A stretch of DNA of 64,000 bases from an uncultured Planctomycetota bacterium (GTDB lineage Bacteria; Planctomycetota; PLA2; JAEUHO01). The translations under genes and the position numbers were made by a program. The DNA is taken from the NCBI GenBank assembly GCA_963752285.1, contig CAVVXN010000005.1, positions 1,184,001 through 1,248,000 on the forward strand, read 5' to 3'. Position 1 is the stretch's first letter. Every line of letters starts with the position of its first letter. The notes beneath the pieces were generated by a model that saw only the letters and a list, made by a program, of their open reading frames with translations, did not search any database and had not been told where the DNA came from. This document shows, piece by piece, positions 8,681 through 17,861 of the stretch.

Positions 8681-10180
8681 TCAGCGGTACTTGACGATGA
8701 CGTCCTGCTGCGCGCCCCCGCACCGGGTGCAGAGGTATTCGACGGTCTCGCCGGTCTGGAACGTCTTGCTGAGCAGGCCCTCGCCGTGGCAGGTCGAGCA
8801 GGGCCGGAACTCGCGCTCACCCAGCTCGAACAGGTCGGAGTGCTCGATGAAGTACGCGAGGACCCAGTTGGAGCGCTCGTTGGGCTTGCTGGCCGCCCAC
8901 CATCCGTCCCGGGTCGGCGGCTTGGGGATGTCGATCGCGGGCGCGGCGCCCCCGCTCTTGCTCGAGGACTTGTGCGTGCCCCCGCCCCGGTTGCCCTTGC
9001 GCTGCGGCGGCTTGATCTTGGGCGGGTTCACGATGAACGTGCCCGCCCCGTAGCTCACGCGCGACCACGGCGCCTTGAAGCGCCCCTGGCGGCGCCCCTG
9101 CCAGAAGGTCTGGGCCTCGGCGGGCGTCACGTCCTCGTCGTAGCGCTTCATCTCGCGCTCGGCGAGACGGGCGAACGCGGCCTCCGGCAGCTTCTGGCGG
9201 GTCCACGAGGTGATGTCGTTGATCTGGACGTCCTTCTCGCGGACCTTGTCGTCGATCAGGTCGCCGACGATCTTCACGAAACGGCGTCCGGCGACGGTCT
9301 CGAAGTAGCTCGTCCGCTCCTGCTGGAGGTCCTTCTTCAGGTCCTCGAGCTTCTCCTTCACGGCGTCGCTGGCATCGGGGTGCTTCTCGCCGAAGCCGTC
9401 GAGGATCTCCTTCACGCGCTTGAAGAAGTGCATCTGCAGCTTCATCCGCGCGTCCTTCAGCGTTTCCAGCGCGGCCTGGTCCTGGAGCAGGCTCTCGATG
9501 CGGGCCAGGCGGTCCTTCGCGATGTCCTTGTTCAGGTACTCGTCGTCGGCCGCGCACGCCGCGTAGCTGTCGCGGGCCTCCTCCAGCGCGCCGGCCCACT
9601 CGGCGTACTGGGCGATGCGCCAGTGCTCGCGCGAGGTGAGGGCGCCCGGGTCGAGCCCCTTCTGCTCCATCTCCGACTTGAGCTGCTCCTTCATTCGCGT
9701 CATCAGCTGGTCGGGGCTCCAGATCTGGCGCGCGTCGAGCGGCTCTTCCTCGATGGTGAGGACCTTCCCCCGGGGGATCTCGACGATGTCGCCCCCGCGG
9801 CGGAGCTTGACCACCCGGTCGTCGCTCGACTCCACGAGCCCGAGCACCTCGTCGGTGTCGCCGCCGTCGAGCTGGATCGTGACCCGGTTCCCCGTCACGG
9901 GGCCCTGGTCGACGCTCTTGATCCCGATCTCCTCCTCGATCTTGTCGCGGTCTTCCGGATCGAGCGCATCCCACGCGAACGAGCGGTACGCGCCCGACAC
10001 GTAGTCCTCCACCGTGACCTGCTTCTCGTCGGTCCGCTCCTGGATCACACGGCCCTTGATCGCCTCGCCGGTCCGCAGGCGGATGACGTCGGCGCGTGCG
10101 AGGAGGGTGAGCGGCGCGAGCAGGAGGAACGCGCCGAGGAGGGGCAGGAGTGCGCGGCGCCGGTTCGAGCTCGGAGTCAT
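8681..10180 (-). CDS. Exported protein with N-terminal beta-rich modules, helical core and C-terminal CxxC..CxxC zinc finger
   Basis: Signal peptide ending ARA-D. DVIRLRTGEAIKGRVI module. C-terminal CSTCHGEG...CTRCGG. Confidence 0.8.
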   Translation of the reverse strand: MTPSSNRRRALLPLLGAFLLLAPLTLLARADVIRLRTGEAIKGRVIQERTDEKQVTVEDYVSGAYRSFAWDALDPEDRDKIEEEIGIKSVDQGPVTGNRVTIQLDGGDTDEVLGLVESSDDRVVKLRRGGDIVEIPRGKVLTIEEEPLDARQIWSPDQLMTRMKEQLKSEMEQKGLDPGALTSREHWRIAQYAEWAGALEEARDSYAACAADDEYLNKDIAKDRLARIESLLQDQAALETLKDARMKLQMHFFKRVKEILDGFGEKHPDASDAVKEKLEDLKKDLQQERTSYFETVAGRRFVKIVGDLIDDKVREKDVQINDITSWTRQKLPEAAFARLAEREMKRYDEDVTPAEAQTFWQGRRQGRFKAPWSRVSYGAGTFIVNPPKIKPPQRKGNRGGGTHKSSSKSGGAAPAIDIPKPPTRDGWWAASKPNERSNWVLAYFIEHSDLFELGEREFRPCSTCHGEGLLSKTFQTGETVEYLCTRCGGAQQDVIVKYR

Positions 10181-10223
10181 CGGGTCTTCCTTCCGGAGCG
10201 GGACGGGACGGGACGGGGCGCCG

Positions 10224-10637
10224 TCACGGCGACCCGCCCGACTGGGGATCGAACGTGGACCGGGTCAGCGGCAGCGGGACGAGCGCGCGCACGGCGGTGC
10301 CCTGGTACTTGATCGTCGCGAGCGCCACGATGCGGTCGCCACCGAACGGGCTCGGTACGAAGTCCGCGTCGAGGGTGAAGTCGGGTTGCGACAGGGGGAG
10401 GTCGCGGATCTTCGGAGGGACGCCGCCGGGCTTCAGCGCGTCGAACGCGTCCTGCAGCCGGACGTACGCCTCGCGGCGGACCTGCTGGAGCCGCGCCTCG
10501 ACCTTGCGGTCCACGAGCTCCCGGGTCCCCATCGCGAAGAGCGACAGGATGGCGACCGCGCCCACGAGGAGCATGCCCAGCGCGAGCAGCACCTCGAGGA
10601 ACGTGAAACCGGCCGTGGTCCGTCGCGCGAAGGTCAT
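10224..10637 (-). CDS. Prepilin-type protein (small, GspI/PilV-like)
   Basis: MTFARRTTAG|FTFLEVLLALGMLLVG class III signal peptide. ATGA-coupled to the upstream gene. Confidence 0.88.
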   Translation of the reverse strand: MTFARRTTAGFTFLEVLLALGMLLVGAVAILSLFAMGTRELVDRKVEARLQQVRREAYVRLQDAFDALKPGGVPPKIRDLPLSQPDFTLDADFVPSPFGGDRIVALATIKYQGTAVRALVPLPLTRSTFDPQSGGSP

Positions 10638-11893
10638 CGGCTCGCTCCGCGCGCGAAGCGGTCGTGGAAGAGCAGCTTGACCGTCGCGCTCGTCGAGAGA
10701 CCCACGTACACCTGGCTCGCCGCGTCGTGGTCCATCGCGGGGGTGCCGCGCTGCCCGCGCTCCACCGGGATCTTCCCGAGCGCGAGGTCCACGCGAAGCG
10801 GCCGGTACCGCATCCACTCGCCGTCTACCTTCAGCCATCGCTCGTCCGGACCGGGCCCGACGAGCGGGAGGGCGTCCTCGACCGTGATCGCGGTCGCGTC
10901 GCGCGCGATGTCGTCCACCAGGGCCGTGTCGCCGCGTCCGAGGCCGAGCGCCGTGGGCGCCACGAGCGTCGTCTCGAGGCGCACCCAGGCGGGGAACACG
11001 TCGTCGCTCGGGTCGCCGAGGCTCTCGGGCCCCGCGAAGAGCGGGAACTGGCGGTCGAGTCCGCGCGTGCTGTCCCAGATCGGCCCGACGTACGCCTCGG
11101 TCTCGCGCACCGGCCCACTCGTCGGCTCCCAGCTCCGGGCGAACACCCGGCGCCACGTCGCGCCGAGGTAGAGGACGCCCGTCGCGACCGCCGAGCACCG
11201 CTCGTGGATCTGCTCGCGCGAGTCCAGGTTCTTCGGGTCGAGCAGCGACCTCGGCCCGCCTACCGGCGAGCGCCAGCCGCGGTACACCGTGAGGAGCCCG
11301 GGGAACCGCTCGTCCTCGGGGACGGCCACGTAGCAAATCTCGCGGAGCCCGCCGGTCGGCCGGAACGCGGTGTCGAGCGTCGCCTTGTCGAGCTCGGCCG
11401 GCTCCAGGTCCTTCAGGTCCGGCCCCGAACGCTCCCCCGCGCGGCGGATCCACGGGTCGCTGCGGTCCTCGCTGATGTCCGTGGTCCAGGCCATGTACCA
11501 GGCGGGAAGGCTCTTCAGCGGGCCCTCCGGGACGTCGCGGAGCGTGATCCAGCAAGCCCGAAGGCGGACGTCTTCGGGTGGGGGCGGCGGGCGGTCGTGC
11601 CCCTGGAGCTTCTCCTCCTCGGTCGGCGGCGGGGGCGGCGGGTCGAAGGACGCTGGGATCGCGAGCCCCTCGAAGTCGCGCACGATGCGCGGGAGCATCG
11701 TCTCGGTCCGGTCCTGCAGCGACGACTCCGTCGTGCCGGTCGCGAAGATGCCGAGCCCCTGCCGCATCATGTAGACGACGAACGTGCCGAGGATCGAGAA
11801 CACGCTGATCGCGAGCAAGAGCTCCACCATCGTGAAGCCGCGCCGGGACGCGGCGCCCCGGGCGCTGGCGACGCGCAGCACGGGCCCGGTCAC
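10634..11893 (-). CDS. Prepilin-type protein (GspJ/PilW-like, large)
   Basis: RRG|FTMVELLLAISVFSILG. GTG 11893 overlaps the upstream stop. Confidence 0.87.
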   Translation of the reverse strand: MTGPVLRVASARGAASRRGFTMVELLLAISVFSILGTFVVYMMRQGLGIFATGTTESSLQDRTETMLPRIVRDFEGLAIPASFDPPPPPPTEEEKLQGHDRPPPPPEDVRLRACWITLRDVPEGPLKSLPAWYMAWTTDISEDRSDPWIRRAGERSGPDLKDLEPAELDKATLDTAFRPTGGLREICYVAVPEDERFPGLLTVYRGWRSPVGGPRSLLDPKNLDSREQIHERCSAVATGVLYLGATWRRVFARSWEPTSGPVRETEAYVGPIWDSTRGLDRQFPLFAGPESLGDPSDDVFPAWVRLETTLVAPTALGLGRGDTALVDDIARDATAITVEDALPLVGPGPDERWLKVDGEWMRYRPLRVDLALGKIPVERGQRGTPAMDHDAASQVYVGLSTSATVKLLFHDRFARGASR

Positions 11894-13110
11894 GGCGCAC
11901 CTCCCGTCGGGGGTCCCTGGACCATGCGCTCCTCCACGGTCCCGTAGAGGCCGAGTCTCAGCTCGATCACCGACCCCTCCACCTTGCCGCCCATCTCCTG
12001 GAAGAGCAGCACGACGTCGCTCGCGTGCACGTCGGGGTCGAGCCGACCGTTCCGGTACGTGACGCGGACCGGCGCCTTCGGCCGGAGGAGCGCCACACCG
12101 TCCACGAGGCGCTCCATCTCGGCGGCACGGAACACGCCCGAGAGCACGAACTCGTCCATGCGTCCGTTGAAGGGCGTCGCTCCGTCCGAGATCGACAGCG
12201 GCGCGGCGCCCGACTCGGGGACCGTGATGCGCTTCACGGGCGCGCTGGCGAGCTCTTCGGTCCCCTGCGGCCGCTTCCGGGCCATCTGGTAGCGCTCGAG
12301 CCCGTCCACGCGCATCGACACCTCGCTGCCGTCGAAGGTGACCGCGAGGTGCGTCCACGTCGTCCCGTCCGCCCGGATCGGCGAGCCCTTCGTCGAGAAC
12401 TCCTCCAGCACGCCGGGCGAGGGCCGATCCGAGACCGGTTCGAGCTGCATCTTGAGACGCACGTCGTATGCGGCGTCGTTTCCGTTGCGCACGAGATCGA
12501 GCGCCCAGGCGCCCTCGGCCTTCGCGATCGTCATGACCGGACCGCCCGCGTCCACGGCCAGCCAGACGGAGAGGCCGAGCCCCTCCGTCATCGCGAAGCT
12601 CGACTGCGGCTCGAAGAGGATGCTCGCGTTCCTCGTGAACCGCGCCGCCTGTCCGGTGTAGCCGTCCGGCACGATCTCCACGCCGGTGCTCGACCGGACG
12701 GGGTAGTCGCCGCTCGCGCCGTCGAGGCGCTCGAAGTTGTCGGTGAGGACGGGCGCGTTGACGGCCGCGCCGATCACGAGGCTCCCGTCGCGCGACCGCG
12801 TCCGGAGGTTCCAGATCGCACGCACGCCGCCGTTGCTGCTCTGGATGCAGGCGTACGCCGTCTCGCGGAGGATCGCCAGGGACTGCGCCGCGCGCGAGGC
12901 GTGGCCGGTGTTGGTCAGGAAGCCGACCCCGATCCCCATGATCATGCCCATGATCGCCATCACGAGCATCACCTCGAGGAGGGTGAACCCACGCGGGCGA
13001 GGCGAGCCCGCCGCGCGCCGACGACGGCGGGCGGCGCCGGGACCGGGGCCCCGGCGTGCGCGGGTCCGCACGACCGACGACGGCTCGGGGGTCGGGCGGG
13101 CTAGTCCCAC
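11890..13110 (-). CDS. Prepilin-type protein (GspH/FimT-like) with LamG/concanavalin-like domain
   Basis: PRG|FTLLEVMLVMAIMG. LamG-like motifs LSVWL, WTHLAVTFDG...VDG, FNGRMDEF. Exact start uncertain. Confidence 0.85.
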   Translation of the reverse strand: MGLARPTPEPSSVVRTRARRGPGPGAARRRRRAAGSPRPRGFTLLEVMLVMAIMGMIMGIGVGFLTNTGHASRAAQSLAILRETAYACIQSSNGGVRAIWNLRTRSRDGSLVIGAAVNAPVLTDNFERLDGASGDYPVRSSTGVEIVPDGYTGQAARFTRNASILFEPQSSFAMTEGLGLSVWLAVDAGGPVMTIAKAEGAWALDLVRNGNDAAYDVRLKMQLEPVSDRPSPGVLEEFSTKGSPIRADGTTWTHLAVTFDGSEVSMRVDGLERYQMARKRPQGTEELASAPVKRITVPESGAAPLSISDGATPFNGRMDEFVLSGVFRAAEMERLVDGVALLRPKAPVRVTYRNGRLDPDVHASDVVLLFQEMGGKVEGSVIELRLGLYGTVEERMVQGPPTGGAP

Positions 13111-13760
13111 GACTTGACGTCGTCCTGCGTGTTCGGGATGCCGTCCGGGCCCGCGCTGAAGATCTGGAAGCTATCGGGCTGCGCGAAGCCGGTCCGACCC
13201 TCCGCCTCGTACTTCCAGGGCTTCGGGGTCATCTCCTCGCCGCTCGCGGTCGTGTACGAGGGCGGGCTCTCGGTGGCGCGGGCGTACTCGGTGTGGGGGA
13301 AGTAGAAGAGCGGGTTGCCCCAGCCGTCCACGATCTCCCAGAGCTTCTTCCCCTGGCTCGTCACGGCCTCGGAGAGCTCGTCGTCGTCGGTGTTCACGAG
13401 GTCCTTGTCGCCCAGGTCCACCTTCACGCCCGCCGTCTCCCAGTAGAGCGCCTGGAAGAGGGACTCGATCCCCTCGTTGCTCGAGTTGGGGAGCGCCTTG
13501 ATCGACTTCGTGCCCCCGGCGCCGCTCTGGATGCGTCGGGCGTCGATCGGCGGGTAGCGCCCGAACCGCTGGTAGTACGCGTTCGTGGCGACGGAGAGCT
13601 TCCGGATGCGCGTCTCCGTCTCGAGCTGGGGCCGCTTCCTCGACCAGAGGGAGAGACCGACGAACGCGAGCCCCGCGAGCACGGAGAGGATGCCCATCAC
13701 CACGAGCACCTCGATGAACGTGAAGCCCCGCTCTCCTCGAGCCGGTCTCGTCGCTCGCAT
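13101..13760 (-). CDS. Prepilin-type protein (GspG-like pseudopilin)
   Basis: ERG|FTFIEVLVVMGIL, YYQRFGRYPP, DGWGNPLFY, FQIFSAGPDGIPNTQDDV (T2SSG-type C-terminus). GGAG upstream of ATG 13760. Confidence 0.88.
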   Translation of the reverse strand: MRATRPARGERGFTFIEVLVVMGILSVLAGLAFVGLSLWSRKRPQLETETRIRKLSVATNAYYQRFGRYPPIDARRIQSGAGGTKSIKALPNSSNEGIESLFQALYWETAGVKVDLGDKDLVNTDDDELSEAVTSQGKKLWEIVDGWGNPLFYFPHTEYARATESPPSYTTASGEEMTPKPWKYEAEGRTGFAQPDSFQIFSAGPDGIPNTQDDVKSWD

Positions 13761-13789
13761 GTCGGACCTCCCGACTCCCGGGCGGGGAG

Positions 13790-16786
13790 TCACTTTCGTC
13801 TCACGATGCGGATCTCGCCCACCTCGATCTTGAACGCCTGGGCCTGCGTGGACCAGCCGAGGATCGCGAGGCGCGCCTTGCCACGACCGCGGCCCTTGAA
13901 CACGCCGATGGTGTCCTCGGCGATCTTCATCCCCTCGAGCCCGTCGTCGAGGTTCGTGTCGAGGTACACGGCCAGCTTGCCGGCGTCCGCGTCCTCCCGG
14001 GTGATCCGGATCTCGACCCAGCCGTCGCTCGGCCACGCCGTCTCGGGCGAGACCCTGAGCATCTCGCCGCTCTTGTACGTGTCGTCGCGACCGCCCGCGA
14101 TGCGCACGGCGAGCTTGCCCCGGTCGTAGAAGATCCCGATCCCGGGGGGGAGCCCGCCGGTGCGCGCGCCGCCGCCGCCGGCCCGGTCGATCTCCACGCC
14201 GAACGTCACCAGGTTCATGCTCGCGCCGCGATCGTCGCGGAGCGGGATCCGCACGCGGACCCGGACGTCCTCCATGGTGCCGACCGTCATCAGGTCGTCG
14301 GCGCCGAACACGGCGACCGTGGGGTCGTCGTAGGTCCCGTCGTCCTTGGCGACGCCCTCGATCTCGACCTTCTCGTCCTCGACCCGCGCCCTGACGCCAT
14401 GGGACTCGGCCTGCTCCCACCCCGCGGGGAGGCTCGTTCCGTCGAACGTGACGACCTTCTCCTCGAGGCTCCGCCAGTGCTTGACGGCCTCCAGCGTGTC
14501 GGACGCGTAGTCCCGCCAGGGGCGCCACTCGCCCTCGTCGCCCTCGGGCACCTTGTCCTTCACGAGCTGGAAGTGCCGGATGCAGTCGTCGTACTCGCCG
14601 ATCTGATAGTCGCAGTACGCCCGGAGGGCGAGGGCGCCCGGCTGCTCGGCGTCGATCTTCTGGAGGACGTGGTCCGCCACCGCGCCCGCGGCGGTGAACC
14701 GGTGGCGCGCCGGCTGCCGCGCGTCGTGGAGCTTGATCCAGCACTCGCGCAGCTCCGAGCGGAAGGCCTTCGGGTCGCGCTTCGCCTCGGTGCTCGAGGC
14801 GCGCTCCGCGAACGCCACGGCCGCGTCGAAGTCCTTCGAGGTCTCCTCGAGGGGGGTCCCGGCCGCGAGGGCCTGGATCGCCACGTCGAGCCGGCTGCGC
14901 GCGAGCCACCCGTCGAGCTCGGGATAGACCTGCGCCTCCCCCAGCGCCCGACCGAACGAACGCACCGCGACGGCGGTGTTGCCGTCGCGCTGGGCCACCC
15001 AGCCCGCCAGGTAGTCGTGGTACGCGACACCGGGGGCCTCCTCCTTCGCGCGCTGCAGAGAGGCCAGCAGCTCCCCCGCGTTGCCGGTGGCCAGCGCGAT
15101 CAGCGCGAAGCCGAACGCCGGAGACACGCTCTCGTCGGCGAAGCGCCGCGGCGCCGCGCCGAAGCTCAGCGCGCGCTCCGCCGCCGTGAACGCGGCCCGC
15201 GCCGCGCCGCCCTGCCCCATCCGCCAACAGGCGAGGCCGAGGTCGTAGAGCGCCTGGGCGCGGTAGGTGAGCGCCTCCTCTCCGGTCGAAGTGGCGGCCC
15301 CGAGGAACGCGTCGCGGGCGGCCTGGAGGTCGCCCTTCGCGTACGAGATCGCGCCCTTCACGAGGAGTGCACGCGGCGAGGTCCCCGCGGAGGCCGCACC
15401 TTCGAACGCGGAGCCCGCGCCGGCCAGGTCGCCCAGCCGCAGCAGGGCCTCGGCGGTACGCACCTGGGCCCGCGGGTCGGGCGCGGCCTGCCGGTAGGCG
15501 GCGACCGCCTCGTCGTGCCGCCCGAGCGCCGCGAGCGCGTCCCCGAGCCCGATGCTCGCGTCCGCGTTCCGTCCGCGGTCGAGCGCCGCGCGGAAGTAGG
15601 GCACGGCCTCGGCGGGCAGCGACAGGCGATCGAGGTAGAGCTGCCCGAGCCAGAGCCACGGCTCGGGCCGGGTGGGAGACACCCGCGCGTACTCGGAGAG
15701 GGTGTGGAGCACCGCCTCCTCGTCCTGGAGCGCCGAGTACGCGTGCACGAGCTCCAGCAGGATGTCGGCGCGAAGCGCCGGGACGCCGCGCTCGCGGGCC
15801 ACCGTGAGCGCGCGTTCGAGGAGGTCCACGGCCCGCCGCCAGCCGGCGCGGTCTTCCTTGCCCGTCTTCCCGGTCGCCGCCATCTCCTCGGCGGCCTGCC
15901 GGAGCGCGGAGATATCGGTGGACTGCGAGAGGTCGGCCGAGAGGCCGTGTCGCCTGAGGGCTTCGGCGTACAGGTTGTCCACCGTGGAGCGGAGCACCCA
16001 CTCGTCGAAGCGCTTCGCCGACGACGTGGACACGTTCTCGCGGCGCTTCTTGATCACGTCGGTCGGAGTCAGCGCCTTCGACGCCGTCTCCTCGCCGCCG
16101 ACGAGCGCCCACTCCACCTCGAGGTCCTCCCACCCGGGCGCGTGCCGCGCCAGCTCCCACTTGAGCGGCTGGAAGTGCGCGTCGTCCTCGCGATAGAGCG
16201 TGCCGCCGTCCTTGATGCCCTTGATGTAGACGTAGACCTTGCGCCCGCTGCTGTCGACGGCGATGTCGTACACGTCCGCGGCCACGGGCTGGTAGTCCTG
16301 GAAGTGCGGGTCCTGGATCTCGGGGATCGACGATCCGTCGTCCACCTTGAGCTCGGGGAGCGGACCGCGGAGCAGGTACCGCGCGCCGGGCGCCGGACCC
16401 GGGATCGTGGGTGGCAGCGAGAAGGAGAGCGGCAGCCACGGCGGGTCGTCCAGCGTCACCGGCGGCAGGCCGTGCGTGTCGGAGTGCTTCTGGAAGGGGT
16501 TCCGCGCGTCCGGCCCGAGCCCGAGCGACGGACGCGCCAGCGGGTCACCCGACGGGTCGAGGATCTGCGACGCGACGACGCGGTCGGTCGAGGCGGAAGC
16601 GTGTCCGCTCCCCACCTTCTCGGGCGTGCACTGCCAGAGCGTGAAGAGGAAGAGGACGCCCGAGAAGAGGAGGAGCGCCTTCTCCTTCCCGAGGCTCTTG
16701 TCGAGGACGACGGTCGCCGCGATCGCGAGGAGCCCCGCGAAGAGGAAGCCGACGAACGTCAGGAACGCACCGGCGAGCACGATCAT
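13790..16786 (-). CDS. Membrane-anchored 998-aa TPR protein with C-terminal beta-rich domain (in the pilP position)
   Basis: ATG 16786 coupled to the pilO-like stop. Two N-terminal TMs, Pro-rich segment with RNPF, many TPRs (EPWLWLGQLY, ASIGLGDAL...EAVAAYRQA, ALYDLGL), beta-rich tail. Confidence 0.82.
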   Translation of the reverse strand: MIVLAGAFLTFVGFLFAGLLAIAATVVLDKSLGKEKALLLFSGVLFLFTLWQCTPEKVGSGHASASTDRVVASQILDPSGDPLARPSLGLGPDARNPFQKHSDTHGLPPVTLDDPPWLPLSFSLPPTIPGPAPGARYLLRGPLPELKVDDGSSIPEIQDPHFQDYQPVAADVYDIAVDSSGRKVYVYIKGIKDGGTLYREDDAHFQPLKWELARHAPGWEDLEVEWALVGGEETASKALTPTDVIKKRRENVSTSSAKRFDEWVLRSTVDNLYAEALRRHGLSADLSQSTDISALRQAAEEMAATGKTGKEDRAGWRRAVDLLERALTVARERGVPALRADILLELVHAYSALQDEEAVLHTLSEYARVSPTRPEPWLWLGQLYLDRLSLPAEAVPYFRAALDRGRNADASIGLGDALAALGRHDEAVAAYRQAAPDPRAQVRTAEALLRLGDLAGAGSAFEGAASAGTSPRALLVKGAISYAKGDLQAARDAFLGAATSTGEEALTYRAQALYDLGLACWRMGQGGAARAAFTAAERALSFGAAPRRFADESVSPAFGFALIALATGNAGELLASLQRAKEEAPGVAYHDYLAGWVAQRDGNTAVAVRSFGRALGEAQVYPELDGWLARSRLDVAIQALAAGTPLEETSKDFDAAVAFAERASSTEAKRDPKAFRSELRECWIKLHDARQPARHRFTAAGAVADHVLQKIDAEQPGALALRAYCDYQIGEYDDCIRHFQLVKDKVPEGDEGEWRPWRDYASDTLEAVKHWRSLEEKVVTFDGTSLPAGWEQAESHGVRARVEDEKVEIEGVAKDDGTYDDPTVAVFGADDLMTVGTMEDVRVRVRIPLRDDRGASMNLVTFGVEIDRAGGGGARTGGLPPGIGIFYDRGKLAVRIAGGRDDTYKSGEMLRVSPETAWPSDGWVEIRITREDADAGKLAVYLDTNLDDGLEGMKIAEDTIGVFKGRGRGKARLAILGWSTQAQAFKIEVGEIRIVRRK

Positions 16787-17760
16787 GGATGGGATTCCTC
16801 CGCCGCCTGGAGGCCGAGGGAGACCTCGGGCCGGACGAGGGTCGAGGCGGCGGTCACGCTGAGCTGTACGACACCGTCGAGCGGCGAGCCTTTCGGAGGC
16901 TGCTTGATGTCCACGGCGCTGAGCGGGACCGGTCGCGTGGGGTCGGTGAGTCGCGCGAGGATCGGCGCGACGGAGGCCGCGTCGCCCTTGATCGACATCG
17001 TGAAGGGCCACGTCCGGAGGAACGTGTCGGTGGACTCGACGGCCGGACGCGGGTCGATGCGCACCTCCTCGATGGAGCGCGCGCCGGACCGGATCGCGAG
17101 GTCCGCGAGCTCGGAGACGAGCGCCAGGTTGAGGAGCCGCTGCGGGAGATTCGGCCGGGTCACCGAGCTCACGCTGGAGAAGCCGAGGTAGTCGGGCTTG
17201 ATCTCCACGTCCGCGCGGTTCGCGCGGACCTTCATCTCCGACCACACGGCGCCGAGCAGCAGGGTGAACCCCACGTTCGGGTCGCCGGTGCGGAGCGAGG
17301 TGAGGAGATCGGCGCGCGCCTGCTCGTACCGGTGGACCGCCTGCGCGGCCGCCACGGCGTCGCCCTCGAACGCGGCCAGCACGGCCGGCGCACCCTCCCC
17401 GTCGGGCTTCGCGACCGCCTGGCGGATGGCGTCCGGAGACTGGCCCCTCAGGATCGCCGCGGTGAGGCAGGTCGTCACGGCCGAATCGAGCTCGTCCTGG
17501 CCGCCCGCCTGGTCGAGACGGCTCGCCCAGTCCGTCACGCGCTTGCGGAGGTCCTCCACGTTCTGCGGGACGTTGCGCTCTTCGTCGCGCGACGGCTCCA
17601 CGAGGTCCTCCACGATCCGCTTGTTGCCGACGACGGCCTTCGCGAGCACGTCGGGGTCCTCCGTCATCACGTGGACCACGATCAGCCCGACCAGGAAGGC
17701 CCCGAGGCCCACCAGGATGGGGATCCAGAACGACCGATATCTCTGCCAGAGCTCGTCCAC
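16783..17760 (-). CDS. PilO/GspM-like inner-membrane assembly protein
   Basis: Single N-terminal TM, coiled coil, ferredoxin-like C-terminus (WPFTMSIKGD..SV..IL). Follows pilM. Confidence 0.62.
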   Translation of the reverse strand: MDELWQRYRSFWIPILVGLGAFLVGLIVVHVMTEDPDVLAKAVVGNKRIVEDLVEPSRDEERNVPQNVEDLRKRVTDWASRLDQAGGQDELDSAVTTCLTAAILRGQSPDAIRQAVAKPDGEGAPAVLAAFEGDAVAAAQAVHRYEQARADLLTSLRTGDPNVGFTLLLGAVWSEMKVRANRADVEIKPDYLGFSSVSSVTRPNLPQRLLNLALVSELADLAIRSGARSIEEVRIDPRPAVESTDTFLRTWPFTMSIKGDAASVAPILARLTDPTRPVPLSAVDIKQPPKGSPLDGVVQLSVTAASTLVRPEVSLGLQAAEESHP

Positions 17761-17861
17761 GGCTCAGCTCCCGAGGTCGAGAGGCCCCGCCGTCGGCCCG
17801 GAGCCGGCGGGGGTCCTCGGACCGCCCGAGGGGTTCACGGAACGTGCGCGCGAGGCGGGGG

